Shown: positions 43,652 through 53,623 of the stretch, in pieces
How positions within the stretch are numbered: the stretch's first letter is position 1
How the letters are laid out: every line of letters starts with the position of its first letter
From: Dehalococcoidia bacterium
Lineage (GTDB): Bacteria; Chloroflexota; Dehalococcoidia; Lucifugimonadales; CAZENU01
Length of the DNA: 64,000 nt
Direction: 5' to 3'
NCBI GenBank assembly: GCA_965222125.1
Contig: CBDCTC010000004.1
Coordinates: 130,299 to 194,298, forward strand
Made by a program: the position numbers and the translations under genes
Notes under the pieces: generated by a model
What the model saw: the letters and a program-made list of their open reading frames with translations, nothing else
Database searches by the model: none
What the model was told of the DNA's origin: nothing

Positions 43652-45307
43652 TTATAGACCGAGGATGTTCCCCTCGTCGTCTACGTCCAACTCCCGCGGG
43701 GAGCCGGGTAGGCCCGGCATCGTCATCATCGTTCCCGCGATGGGGTAGATGAACCCGGCGCCGACGGACGCCCTGACGTCGTTGACCTCGAACGTGTAAC
43801 TGGAAGGGCGCGCCTTGAGCGTGGGCTTGTGGGACAGCGACAGGTGGGTCTTCGCCATGCAGACCGGCAGGCCGCCCCAACCCAGCTTTTCGAACTGCCT
43901 CAGCTTGCGCCGCGCGGCGGCGTCCCACGTCACCGACTCCGCGCCGTAGACCTTAGTCGCCAGCGCCCGGACCTTGTCCTGGATGCCGGCGTCTTCAGGA
44001 TAGAGATACGTGACCTCTATCCCGTCGCCGCTTGCCGCGTCCGCGACGGCCATCGCCAGATCGGTGCCGCCGGCTCCGCCATCCTCGAAGACGTTGCTCT
44101 CGACGGCAGCCTGCGCACCGGCGGCCTCCGCCCTGGACTTGAGGATAGCCACCTCGGCCGGCGTATCCGTGGGGAAACGGTTGATCGCCACGACCACCGG
44201 CAGACCGAAGGCCCGCACCAGCTCCACGTCGTGCTCGACGTTCGCCACGCCCTTCTCGACCGCGCCCTCGTCGGGCGTGTCCAGCTCCCGGAACCTCACT
44301 CCGCCGTGGGACTTGACCGCTCTGACCGTCGAGACGAGCACCACGGCACTGGGCTCCAGGTCGTTGAACCGCGCCTTGATGTGCATGAACTTCTCGAAGC
44401 CCAGGTCGGCGCCGAAACCGGCCTCCGTCACGACGAAGTCCGAGTAGCCGAGAGCGAGCCTGTCGGCGACGACGGAGTTACAGCCGTGCGCGATGTTTCC
44501 AAACGGCCCGGTGTGGACCAGTACCGGCTGACCCTCCAGGGTCTGTACCAGATTGGGCTGGATGGCGTACCTGAGCAGCGACATCATCGACCCGACGGCC
44601 CGGACGTCCGAGGCGGTAACCGGCCCGTCGTCGCCGAACCCGACTATCATTCGGCCCAGCCTGTCGCGAAGGTCGGCCAGGTCGGACGACAGGGCGAGTA
44701 CGGCCATTACCTCAGAGGCCGTGACAATGTCGAAGCCGGTCTCGCGGACCGGCGCGTTGTTGGGGCCGCCGATCCCGGTAATGATCGTGCGAAGCGCTCT
44801 CTCTTCGACGTCGACGACCCGGCGCCACGTTATGTCTTCGGGCGCGAAGCCTGGAAGCTGGCCTCGATAGGCCGCGTTGTCGGTCAGCGCCGCGAGCAGG
44901 TTGTGTGCCGACCCGACGGCGTGGGCGTCCCCGGTGAAGTGGATGTTGATCTCGTCCTCGGGAACGACAATAGCGGCCCCTCCACCGGTGCCGCCGCCCT
45001 TGATGCCGAATATCGGGCCCAGCGACGGCTCGCGCAGTGTGGCGGCAGCGCGGTAGCCGAGGCGGCCGAGGGCCTGTGTAAGGCCCACCGTGGTCGTGGT
45101 CTTGCCTTCGCCGGCGCGCGTGGGGGTCATGCCGGTGACCAGGACCAGCTTGCCGCGAGGGCCATCGGTGCGAATCGCGTCGAGGGCTATCTTGGCCTTG
45201 TGCCTGCCGTAGGGGATGACGTGCTCTGGGGCCAGGCCCATCGAATCCGCAATCTCGGCAATGGGGCGCATATCTTCCTCCTGGACCGGGCGCGAAAGAC
45301 GGCCCAA
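43652..45307 (-). CDS. fhs: Formate--tetrahydrofolate ligase
   Basis: 551 aa. Motifs: ...KLVLVTGMTPTRAGEGKTTTTVGL..., ...PSLGPIFGIKGGGTGGG.... The start is either ATG 45307 or ATG 45271. Confidence 0.9.
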   Translation of the reverse strand: MGRLSRPVQEEDMRPIAEIADSMGLAPEHVIPYGRHKAKIALDAIRTDGPRGKLVLVTGMTPTRAGEGKTTTTVGLTQALGRLGYRAAATLREPSLGPIFGIKGGGTGGGAAIVVPEDEINIHFTGDAHAVGSAHNLLAALTDNAAYRGQLPGFAPEDITWRRVVDVEERALRTIITGIGGPNNAPVRETGFDIVTASEVMAVLALSSDLADLRDRLGRMIVGFGDDGPVTASDVRAVGSMMSLLRYAIQPNLVQTLEGQPVLVHTGPFGNIAHGCNSVVADRLALGYSDFVVTEAGFGADLGFEKFMHIKARFNDLEPSAVVLVSTVRAVKSHGGVRFRELDTPDEGAVEKGVANVEHDVELVRAFGLPVVVAINRFPTDTPAEVAILKSRAEAAGAQAAVESNVFEDGGAGGTDLAMAVADAASGDGIEVTYLYPEDAGIQDKVRALATKVYGAESVTWDAAARRKLRQFEKLGWGGLPVCMAKTHLSLSHKPTLKARPSSYTFEVNDVRASVGAGFIYPIAGTMMTMPGLPGSPRELDVDDEGNILGL

Positions 45308-45505
45308 ATTGTAGCACAGGCCCTTGTCTTCCCAATTCGGGCCGCTACGTCTTACGTCTGAATACCAAGGTCCTTCACACGATCGAACGGCTGGTTCGAA
45401 CCCCGATACGGTGCCGACATCCGGTTACTCACTGGCGCAGTATGGGTCGGTGGCATAGCAGCCTGCGTCTTCTGAGGCGTGCGCTTTGCCGTCCAAGCCG
45501 GGGAG

Positions 45506-45727
45506 CTACAGTAGCTCCGTAAACCGCGCTACGTCCAATCCTGCTTGCCTGATGATGGCCCGCAGGGTGCCTCTGTCCAGTTCCTTATGGTCGGGAACGA
45601 CGAGTTGACCGAAGGGCTCGTCTCGGCGCAATATGACATGACTGCCACGTTGTCGCCTAGTGTAGAATCCGATTCTAAGAAGAGCTTTTGCACAATCCCG
45701 CCCCGAAATGCGAGGCAACCCGCTCAT
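45506..45727 (-). CDS. hicA: HicA mRNA-interferase toxin
   Basis: Track ORF trimmed to ATG 45727, which overlaps the hicB stop (ATGA). The 73-aa product reads ...ISGRDCAKALLRIGFYTRRQRGSHVILRR...VPDHKELDRGTLRAIIRQAGL. Confidence 0.8.
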   Translation of the reverse strand: MSGLPRISGRDCAKALLRIGFYTRRQRGSHVILRRDEPFGQLVVPDHKELDRGTLRAIIRQAGLDVARFTELL

Positions 45728-45930
45728 ACGGCCACTAGTAGCGCCTCGAAATGTTCTTCCGGGACCGGTATGCCGTCGTCCTCCAGAGCTGCGACATATT
45801 CGATAATCGCCTCTCTGATATTGGCAATGGCCGCTTCCTTGGTCTTCCCTTGGCTGATGCACCCAGCCAAGCTCGGGCATTCAGCGACCCAATAGCCATC
45901 TTCACCCGGATAGAGAACCACCTGTCGCAT
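45724..45930 (-). CDS. hicB: HicB antitoxin (short UPF0150 type)
   Basis: 68 aa. ...YPGEDGYWVAECPSLAGCISQGKTKEEAIANIREAI... is a typical HicB N-domain. Confidence 0.8.
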   Translation of the reverse strand: MRQVVLYPGEDGYWVAECPSLAGCISQGKTKEAAIANIREAIIEYVAALEDDGIPVPEEHFEALLVAV

Positions 45931-46015
45931 CGTTTGCCTCTCTTGACTAGCTGGAAATCGCCTTCCAGAATATCACGGGCCACTCATCGCCGCATCAAGT
46001 CAGGACATTCTGTCT

Positions 46016-47341
46016 CTATACGGCCGACGTGATGGCTTTCAGGACGTCGTCGTACGCTCCAGGCAGCTCCACGGGCCGGTTGACCAGCTTTGACCCGACC
46101 CCCGGCAGTGAGTCGGCCTGGTAGCCGATCTTGAACTCGCCGAACTTCAGCCCGTTCGCGGTGGATATCACGATGACCCGGTCCGATGGCTGAATCACAT
46201 TTCGCTCGACCAGCTTGATCAGGGCCGCCAGCGCCACTCCCGTCTGCGGGCAGCTATAGAGCCCCGTTCGGTCGGCCAGCGCGGCCGCGTGGGAAAGCTC
46301 GCTTTCGGTCGCCTGTTCCACGATTCCGTCGTGCGTCCTGAGCACGTCGATGGCTCTCTTGGCGCTCACCGGATTGCCGATCTGAATCGCGGAGGCCAGG
46401 GTCGATCGCGCTGCCACCGGCTCGAAGCGCTCGAAGCCGTCCAGGTAGCTCAGATAGAGCGGGTTGGCGTTGGCCGCCTGGGCGCAGACGAGCCGCGGCA
46501 GCTGCTGGATGATTCCGAGGGCCTCCATCATCTGGAATCCGAGGCCGATGGCGGTCACGTTGCCCAGATTGCCGCCGGGAACGATCACCCAGTCCGGCAC
46601 CTCCCAGTCGTCCTGTTGCACCATTTCGATGCTGACAGTCTTCTGTCCCTCGATGCGCAGCGGATTGACCGAGTTGGCCAGATAGAACCGGTTGTCGCGA
46701 CTCAGCCTCTGGACAATCGCCATGCAGCCGTCGAAATCGGTGTCCAGCGCCAGGGTCACCGCGCCGTTGGCTATGGGCTGGTTGAGCTGAGCCGGCGAGA
46801 TCTTGTCCTTCGGCAGCACCACGACGGACGGAATACCGGCGGAGGCGCAGTAGGCCGCCACCGACGCGGAGGTGTCCCCGGTCGAGGCGCAGACGACGGC
46901 CCGTACGTCGGTGCCCCGGCTCATCATTTCCTTGACGGCCGACACGAGCACCGTCATGCCCAGGTCCTTGAAGGAGCCTGTGTGGCTGTTGCCGCACTGC
47001 TTGACCCAGAGGTCCTCCAGCCCAAGCGACGCGCCGAAGCGCTCGGCCCGGAACAGGTTCGTGCCACCTTCGTAGAGCGACACGACGTTCGCGTTGTCGA
47101 GGTTGGGGTAGACGAGCTCCTTCTTTCCCCAGACTCCGCTGCCGTAGGGAAACTGGGTCCTCATGTACCGCTGGTCGAACAGGCTCATCCACGCCGCCGG
47201 ACTACGCCGTTTGAGCCGGTCGACGTCGTGGCCCACCTCGAGCAGCCCCTGGCAGCGAGGACACCGGTAGACGATCTCCGTCAGCTCGTAGCGGCCGTCG
47301 CAGCCGCTGGTGCACCGGAACCACGAGTCATAAGACGGCAT
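46016..47341 (-). CDS. thrC: Threonine synthase (long form with an N-terminal zinc-ribbon)
   Basis: 441 aa. ...RCTSGC...YRCPRCQG... is followed by the PLP lysine region ...GNSHTGSFKDLGM.... Confidence 0.85.
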   Translation of the reverse strand: MPSYDSWFRCTSGCDGRYELTEIVYRCPRCQGLLEVGHDVDRLKRRSPAAWMSLFDQRYMRTQFPYGSGVWGKKELVYPNLDNANVVSLYEGGTNLFRAERFGASLGLEDLWVKQCGNSHTGSFKDLGMTVLVSAVKEMMSRGTDVRAVVCASTGDTSASVAAYCASAGIPSVVVLPKDKISPAQLNQPIANGAVTLALDTDFDGCMAIVQRLSRDNRFYLANSVNPLRIEGQKTVSIEMVQQDDWEVPDWVIVPGGNLGNVTAIGLGFQMMEALGIIQQLPRLVCAQAANANPLYLSYLDGFERFEPVAARSTLASAIQIGNPVSAKRAIDVLRTHDGIVEQATESELSHAAALADRTGLYSCPQTGVALAALIKLVERNVIQPSDRVIVISTANGLKFGEFKIGYQADSLPGVGSKLVNRPVELPGAYDDVLKAITSAV

Positions 47342-47437
47342 CGTACATCTCCGATGGCGTAGAGTCGGGTCGCGCGCCTCGGCTCATTGTAGCGTGATGC
47401 AGGGCGGATGGCCTCGGCTGCCGGGACGTTCCGGCCG

Positions 47438-48802
47438 TTAGCGCAGGTCGCGCAGCCGCTTGTGCGTGAAGAGCATCGCCAGCGAGCACAGCGTGAGCAG
47501 CAGGCCCATGGATCCGACCGTCAGCTGGCTGCCCAGTACGTCGATCGCCACCCCGGATACGAGCAGGCTGGCGGGCAACAGACCGGAGGCCATGTAGTAG
47601 ACGCTCATGACTCGGCCCAGGTAGGCGTCTTCCACTTCCTCCATGAGGATCGCGTTGGAGTGAGTCCTGCGCGCGGCGTCCGTCAGTCCCACGACTACGA
47701 ATAAGGCCAGACCAGCATAGTAGTAGGGGAGCACGGCCACCCCCAGGAGCGCCAGGCCGCCGCACAGGGCCGCGCCGATGAGCACGAGCCCCGGCCTCCA
47801 TCGCTTCGTGCCCGCTATGGCTACCGATCCGATCAGCGAGCCGAGTCCCAACGCGCTCAGGAGCAGGCCGAACGCTCCCGAATCGCGACCGTATACCTCG
47901 ACCACCATGACGGGCAGCAAGAACGGCAGCGACTGCACGAGAAGCAGCGTTACGACGACCATCGTCACTACGCCGACGAGCAAGTCGCTGCGAAACACGT
48001 AGGCGATCCCGGATCGTATGTCCGCCATCATCGGCGACCCGGTGGGCTCGACCTTGCCGACGCCCCTGCTGATCATAAACGTGAAGGCGAGCGCGGCGAA
48101 CCCCAATCCTGAGCCGACGAAGTACGCACCGTCGGGCCCAACGGTCGCGTACAGGATGCCGCCCGCCGCGGGGGCCAGCAGCGCCTGCGCGCTCATTCCG
48201 GACGCCTGGAGCGCCACCGCGTTCGCAACGCGCCGACGCCCCACCAACGACTTGACAAGAGCGTTCCGCGCCGGCATGGCGAACGAGAAGGTGGTGCCGT
48301 ACACGACGGCCGCGAGCAACAGATAGCCCCAGGTAATCGTACCCGTCGCGATCGACACTGCCACGAGCAGTCCTGTCAACGCGGTGATGGCCTGGAACAC
48401 GATGACCAGCCGCCGACGCTCGATCCGGTCCGCGATCGCGCCGCCTATGGGCGACAGCGCCAGAACGGGGGCGACTTGTGCCGAGCTCACAAGCGCCAGG
48501 ATCTTGCCGGACACGGTTATGTCGTATACCAGGAAGCTGCGAGCCGCCATCTGGATGAGCATCCCGGCCATCATCAACTGGGTGCCGATCCAGAGATATC
48601 GGAAGTCCGGGACCTCGAGGGCGATCAGCGCCCTCGGCCACCCGGTCCGGCTGGATGTGCCTCGGCCGAGTTCGGCGGCGCGACCGGAGTCGTCGGCTGG
48701 GCTGGCGGCTGCCGGCGGTTCGGCGTTGCGTCCCACTCTTGGCTCCGTGCGCCGTGGTTGGCCGGAGGCGAAAGAGGCCCCCAGGCTACGCGCGGCTCTC
48801 AT
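47438..48802 (-). CDS. MFS transporter
   Basis: Multiple hydrophobic helices and ...FRYLWIGTQL... near the N-terminus. The start is uncertain: ATG 48802 lies inside a repeat element, and GTG 48736 (GGAG upstream) is an alternative. Confidence 0.75.
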   Translation of the reverse strand: MRAARSLGASFASGQPRRTEPRVGRNAEPPAAASPADDSGRAAELGRGTSSRTGWPRALIALEVPDFRYLWIGTQLMMAGMLIQMAARSFLVYDITVSGKILALVSSAQVAPVLALSPIGGAIADRIERRRLVIVFQAITALTGLLVAVSIATGTITWGYLLLAAVVYGTTFSFAMPARNALVKSLVGRRRVANAVALQASGMSAQALLAPAAGGILYATVGPDGAYFVGSGLGFAALAFTFMISRGVGKVEPTGSPMMADIRSGIAYVFRSDLLVGVVTMVVVTLLLVQSLPFLLPVMVVEVYGRDSGAFGLLLSALGLGSLIGSVAIAGTKRWRPGLVLIGAALCGGLALLGVAVLPYYYAGLALFVVVGLTDAARRTHSNAILMEEVEDAYLGRVMSVYYMASGLLPASLLVSGVAIDVLGSQLTVGSMGLLLTLCSLAMLFTHKRLRDLR

Positions 48803-48950
48803 CGGCCGAAACGGATGGTACTCCTTGGTGGTGTTACGGCCGCGCCCGCATTCCCCTCGTGGAGCCTTCGCCGTTTCGCCGTCTTCGGCCCAGTCTGAGC
48901 GCGACTACGGCGGGCGTCGCGATGATACCACGCGGCCTGGGCAGGCGGTA
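48768..48950 (+). repeat. ~180-bp intergenic element, copy A (homologous to 50733..50911); the ends are complementary
   Basis: By-eye alignment to copy B: GCGAAAGrGGCCC..GGCTACGmGCGGC.CTCATC.GCCGAArCGGAwGGTACTC...TTCGCC.TTCGCCG...CCACGC.GCCTGGG.AG..GGTA. The 5' CCCAGGC..CGCG..GG..TCATCG can pair with the 3' CGATGA..CC.CGCG.GCCTGGG. Confidence 0.7.
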
Positions 48951-49185
48951 TCGAGTCGGCCCGAGTTGTTGTCGCGCCTATTCCCCTTTCGTCCGCGGAC
49001 CGAGTCCTCCAACTTTGCCTGCCTGCCCGGACCCCGCAGCCGGCCGACGGTGATGATCGGCTTTGACGTGGGCCATGCCGGACACGGCGTCCCACACAGT
49101 ACATCCTGTTACAATCCCGCCCGACGTGGCCAGGCCTGCGAACGGGTCGACTTCGACTTACCAGGCCTTGCATGGGAGATGGGCG

Positions 49186-50658
49186 ATGTTAGTTCCCAAG
49201 GTGATGAGCACGCAGCACCCGGACAACGCGGCGCCGGCCCCTTTTGCCGACGATAGAGGAGTCCTGAAGGGGGACGGCGAGGTGGACGAGGCCGTCGACG
49301 TGTTCGCCCTGGGTTGCGACGAGCAGATGTGGGACTCTGAGGGGAAGGAAGCCGACAGCCAGGTCGTCCGAAAGCTCCTCACGGGATACCCCGACTTCTT
49401 TCAGGGCGATCTCCAGCTCGGCCGCGACATCGCGCTGACGCTGCGCGTGCCCAATCCTCGCATCGAACACGACATGCGTAAGTCCATGGTCGAGGCGCTT
49501 CAGAGCATCCCATCGGCCTGGGACATGGCGCATGGCTTCTACGGCGACGAGCACGTCCCCCCGATTCAGGAGGTCATCCTCCCCTTCACGACTTCCGCCG
49601 AAGAGATTTCCCTGGTAGAGGAGTACTATCGAAAGATTATCGTCGGCCAGGAAGACCGGAAGCTGCTCGGCGGCCAGTCGGTCAGCGACTGGGTGGGGGA
49701 GTTCTTCCCAAAGAGTATCCGTGTGATCCCGCTCATCGAGGACATGGAACACCTGCTCCATTGCGACCAAATCGTCGAGGAGTACGTGCGGCAGAGAGAT
49801 CTTTCCGGCCAGCGAGTGTTCCTCGCCCGGAGCGATCCGGCGCTCAACTACGGCGTCGTGGCGACCGAGCTGGTCCTGAAGGTCGGGCTGCGCCGCCTCC
49901 ACGAGCTCGAAGGGCGGTTGGGGCTGCCTCTGTTTCCGATTATCGGGGCCGGTTCCGTGCCCTTCAGGGGCCACCTGACGCCCGTCAACGTCGAGCGCGT
50001 TCTGATCGAGTACCCCAGCGCCCATACGTTCACGGTCCAGTCCGCCTTCAAGTACGACTATGACAAGGAGACTGTCCGCGACGGCATCGCGCAGATCCGC
50101 GCCCACGAGCGCGGCGAGCCCATGACCGTCGCACTCGGTCCCGCGCTCAAAATAGTAGACAAGACCACCGCCGAGTATCAGGCACATGTACAGCGGTTAA
50201 CCGACGTCATCAGGGCCGTGTCCGCTCACGTGCCCAAGCGACGCGAGCGCAAGATGCACGTCGGCCTTTTCGGCTACGGACGCTCCCTGGGCGGCGTGGG
50301 TGGAGTGACCCTCCCGCGCGCCATCGGGTTCGCCGCTTCGATGTACTCCATAGGCGTCCCGCCGGAGCTGCTGGGCCTGGCGTCCCTGACCCAGGATGAC
50401 CTCGCTTTCGTGCGGGAGGTCTACCCCAGTCTGGACGGCGATCTCCGCGCGGCCCTGCGCTTCGCCAACGAAGGTCACGTGAAGGAATTGCTGGGCGAAC
50501 CGTACTCGAAGCTACTCGGCGAGTTCACCGACGAGATAGATCGAGTCCACGAGGGGCTGACCAGTGCGATCTGGGCCAGCATCAACAGCGGCAACACGTC
50601 CGTGAACGTCCTCCGCTACGTCGAAGAGGCCGCCCACCTTCGCCGCTCTCTGGGCTAG
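49186..50658 (+). CDS. ppcA: Archaeal-type phosphoenolpyruvate carboxylase
   Basis: Trimmed to ATG 49186. MLVPKVMSTQHPDNA... is the hallmark N-terminus of atPEPC, and the ~490-aa length fits. Confidence 0.8.
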   Translation: MLVPKVMSTQHPDNAAPAPFADDRGVLKGDGEVDEAVDVFALGCDEQMWDSEGKEADSQVVRKLLTGYPDFFQGDLQLGRDIALTLRVPNPRIEHDMRKSMVEALQSIPSAWDMAHGFYGDEHVPPIQEVILPFTTSAEEISLVEEYYRKIIVGQEDRKLLGGQSVSDWVGEFFPKSIRVIPLIEDMEHLLHCDQIVEEYVRQRDLSGQRVFLARSDPALNYGVVATELVLKVGLRRLHELEGRLGLPLFPIIGAGSVPFRGHLTPVNVERVLIEYPSAHTFTVQSAFKYDYDKETVRDGIAQIRAHERGEPMTVALGPALKIVDKTTAEYQAHVQRLTDVIRAVSAHVPKRRERKMHVGLFGYGRSLGGVGGVTLPRAIGFAASMYSIGVPPELLGLASLTQDDLAFVREVYPSLDGDLRAALRFANEGHVKELLGEPYSKLLGEFTDEIDRVHEGLTSAIWASINSGNTSVNVLRYVEEAAHLRRSLG

Positions 50659-50732
50659 AGGGCCAGGTCACCGCATTTGGCGGTCGCTTGCCCAGCGAGG
50701 ACGGCTGCGAGCGCGAGTGGCTAGCGGCAGCC

Positions 50733-50911
50733 GCGAAAGGGGCCCGGGCTACGAGCGGCGCTCATCCGCCGAAGCGGAAGGTACTCGCAGGTGTTGCAAC
50801 CCGGACCCGTATTCCCTGGTGGGGCTTTCGCCATTCGCCGACCGCTTCCCCGGGCGGAGCCGGGTGCGGCGACTGGGCCGCGACAATGCCACGCAGCCTG
50901 GGTAGATGGTA
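50733..50911 (+). repeat. ~180-bp intergenic element, copy B (homologous to 48768..48950)
   Basis: See copy A. It has the same orientation and lies between ppcA and aroC. Confidence 0.7.
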
Positions 50912-51047
50912 GCATAGACGCCACACGATAACCGTCCAGAGTCCAGGCTTCCGCGAGTCCGCTCACCCCGAGTAACGCCATCGGCGCATTCGGATTGAGG
51001 AGCGCGCGCGAGGCCTCACGACACGTGGACAGATACACGATAGGGCT

Positions 51048-52136
<1,089 letters not shown>

Positions 52137-52530
52137 GCGCCACCAACTCCGGGCTCAGGAATCGCGGGTGCCAGACGCGTGCTGGGTCGAGATCAGATAT
52201 AGAGTAGCTGACCTTGCATCTCGTCTGCGGTAAGCGTGTTGAGCAGCACGAACAACCGGCGAGCTAGAAACTCGGACGGAAACCCCGATTCTTCCCAAGC
52301 CGTCGTTGGCTTACCGTCGACTGTCTATGTAATAGTGGGTTTGTGAAACGCAATTCATATATTCCCATGTCGTATAAGACCGTAATACGTCTGCTTTGGG
52401 TAGTGCGAAACCCAGCCAATGACTTTCCGGCCATACTTCTAGGGGAACCTCTGGACAACTGAGTGTGTCTCGTATGTGATGGACAGTAAGGGGACTTTCA
52501 GAGGTGGTTTTTCCTCTTGTGGTGTGTCGA

Positions 52531-53623
52531 TAGAGGTTTTGTGGTACTGAAACGGCTCTGCTAAGGCGTATCTCCGCTCGTTGTTCTGGTTTGGGCGCAC
52601 TTCGCCCATGTCAGGATGCCAAGTATCCCTCTGTCGTTATCAAGTTCGTCATCCCCAGCAGCAACATCAGCCGTTGTGTGTTCTTTGCCAGCCCACGGTA
52701 GCGCACCTTGGCGTAGCCAAAGTGCCGCTTCACGTACAGGAACAGATGCTCCACCTTCGCCCTGGTCGACGCCTTGCGCTTCTCCATAAGCGCCTCATAG
52801 CTTCCCGGCTCCAGTTGCCGACGTCTCCCGGGCCTCATCGCCACCAACCACTCGACATCCGACTCTCGATTCTCCAATCGCTTGTCGACTCCCTGATACC
52901 CCGCATCGCCCCACACCCGATTCTCTCCACCGTGCAGCAGCTGGTGAGCCTCCGTCACGTCATGAACGTTCGCAGGTGTCGTTCTTACGCTATGTACTAC
53001 TCCCGTCTCAGCGTCCGCTCCGATGTGTACCTTCATCCCGAAGTGCCACTCATTCCCCTTCTTCGTCTGACGCATCTCAGGGTCTCGCTTTCCTGAACGA
53101 TTCTTCGTCGACGATGGCGCCTCAATAATGCTCGCGTCCACGATCGTTCCCTCCCGAAGCCGCAGTCCCTGGGACTCCAGATGACGGTTGATCTCCTCGA
53201 ACATACCTTGCCCCAACTCGTGCTCTTCCAGCAGATGGCGGAAGTTCAGAATCGTCGTCTCGTCCGGGAGCGGGCCCGACAGCCTCAACCCTACGAACCG
53301 CCTCACCGACTCGACCTCATAGAGCATGTCTTCCATTCCAGGATCACTGAGGTTGTAGAACAACTGCACACAGTGTATCCGCAGCATCGCAGACAACTCA
53401 TAGGGGCGCCGGCCACGGCCCGCCTTGGGATAGAACCGGCGGAAGCGCTCTTCGAGCCGTTCCCACGGGATCAGACCATCCATGCGCTCAAGGAATATCT
53501 CCCGACGGGTCTTGCGCTTCTTGCTCTCGTATTCCAACTCGGCAAATGTTGGCTGGTCCATCGTGTCTTCACCCCAAACATTTCTGTCTTCCTAGTGGCA
53601 TAGTACTATGCCACAACACACTA
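52531..53623 (-). mobile_element. IS5-family insertion sequence (boundaries approximate)
   Basis: The transposase CDS is 52611..53561. The candidate imperfect terminal repeats are TAGAGGTTTTGTGG (52531-) and the reverse complement of CCACAACACACTA (-53623). The local GC content is clearly lower than the flanks. Confidence 0.55.
52611..53561 (-). CDS. IS5-family DDE transposase
   Basis: 316 aa. Motifs ...FAELEY..KKRKTRREIFLERMDGLIPWE..., ...GTIVDASIIEAPSSTKN..., ...HFGMKVHIGAD..., ...WGDAGYQG... and ...KVEHLFLYVKRHFGYAKVRYRGLAKN match the IS5/InsH-like pattern. Confidence 0.9.
   Translation of the reverse strand: MDQPTFAELEYESKKRKTRREIFLERMDGLIPWERLEERFRRFYPKAGRGRRPYELSAMLRIHCVQLFYNLSDPGMEDMLYEVESVRRFVGLRLSGPLPDETTILNFRHLLEEHELGQGMFEEINRHLESQGLRLREGTIVDASIIEAPSSTKNRSGKRDPEMRQTKKGNEWHFGMKVHIGADAETGVVHSVRTTPANVHDVTEAHQLLHGGENRVWGDAGYQGVDKRLENRESDVEWLVAMRPGRRRQLEPGSYEALMEKRKASTRAKVEHLFLYVKRHFGYAKVRYRGLAKNTQRLMLLLGMTNLITTEGYLAS

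Noticed and set aside
45380-45420. A GGTTCGAACCCC motif resembling a tRNA T-arm, possibly a tRNA gene or att-site remnant next to hicBA.
   Set aside because: The flanking bases do not form a T-stem, acceptor stem or anticodon arm on either strand. An Infernal/tRNAscan run would settle whether it is a fragment.
45308-45505. A ZTP (pfl) or THF riboswitch in the leader of fhs.
   Set aside because: ACTGGCG and GGGTCGG-like strings occur, but on the wrong strand and in the wrong order relative to the pfl consensus. I could not trace a convincing fold. A covariance-model search would be decisive.
48736-48802. ATG 48802 as the true MFS start.
   Set aside because: The question is not resolved. That ATG lies inside repeat copy A, and GTG 48736 with an upstream GGAG is equally plausible. 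The longest ORF is reported, with the uncertainty noted.
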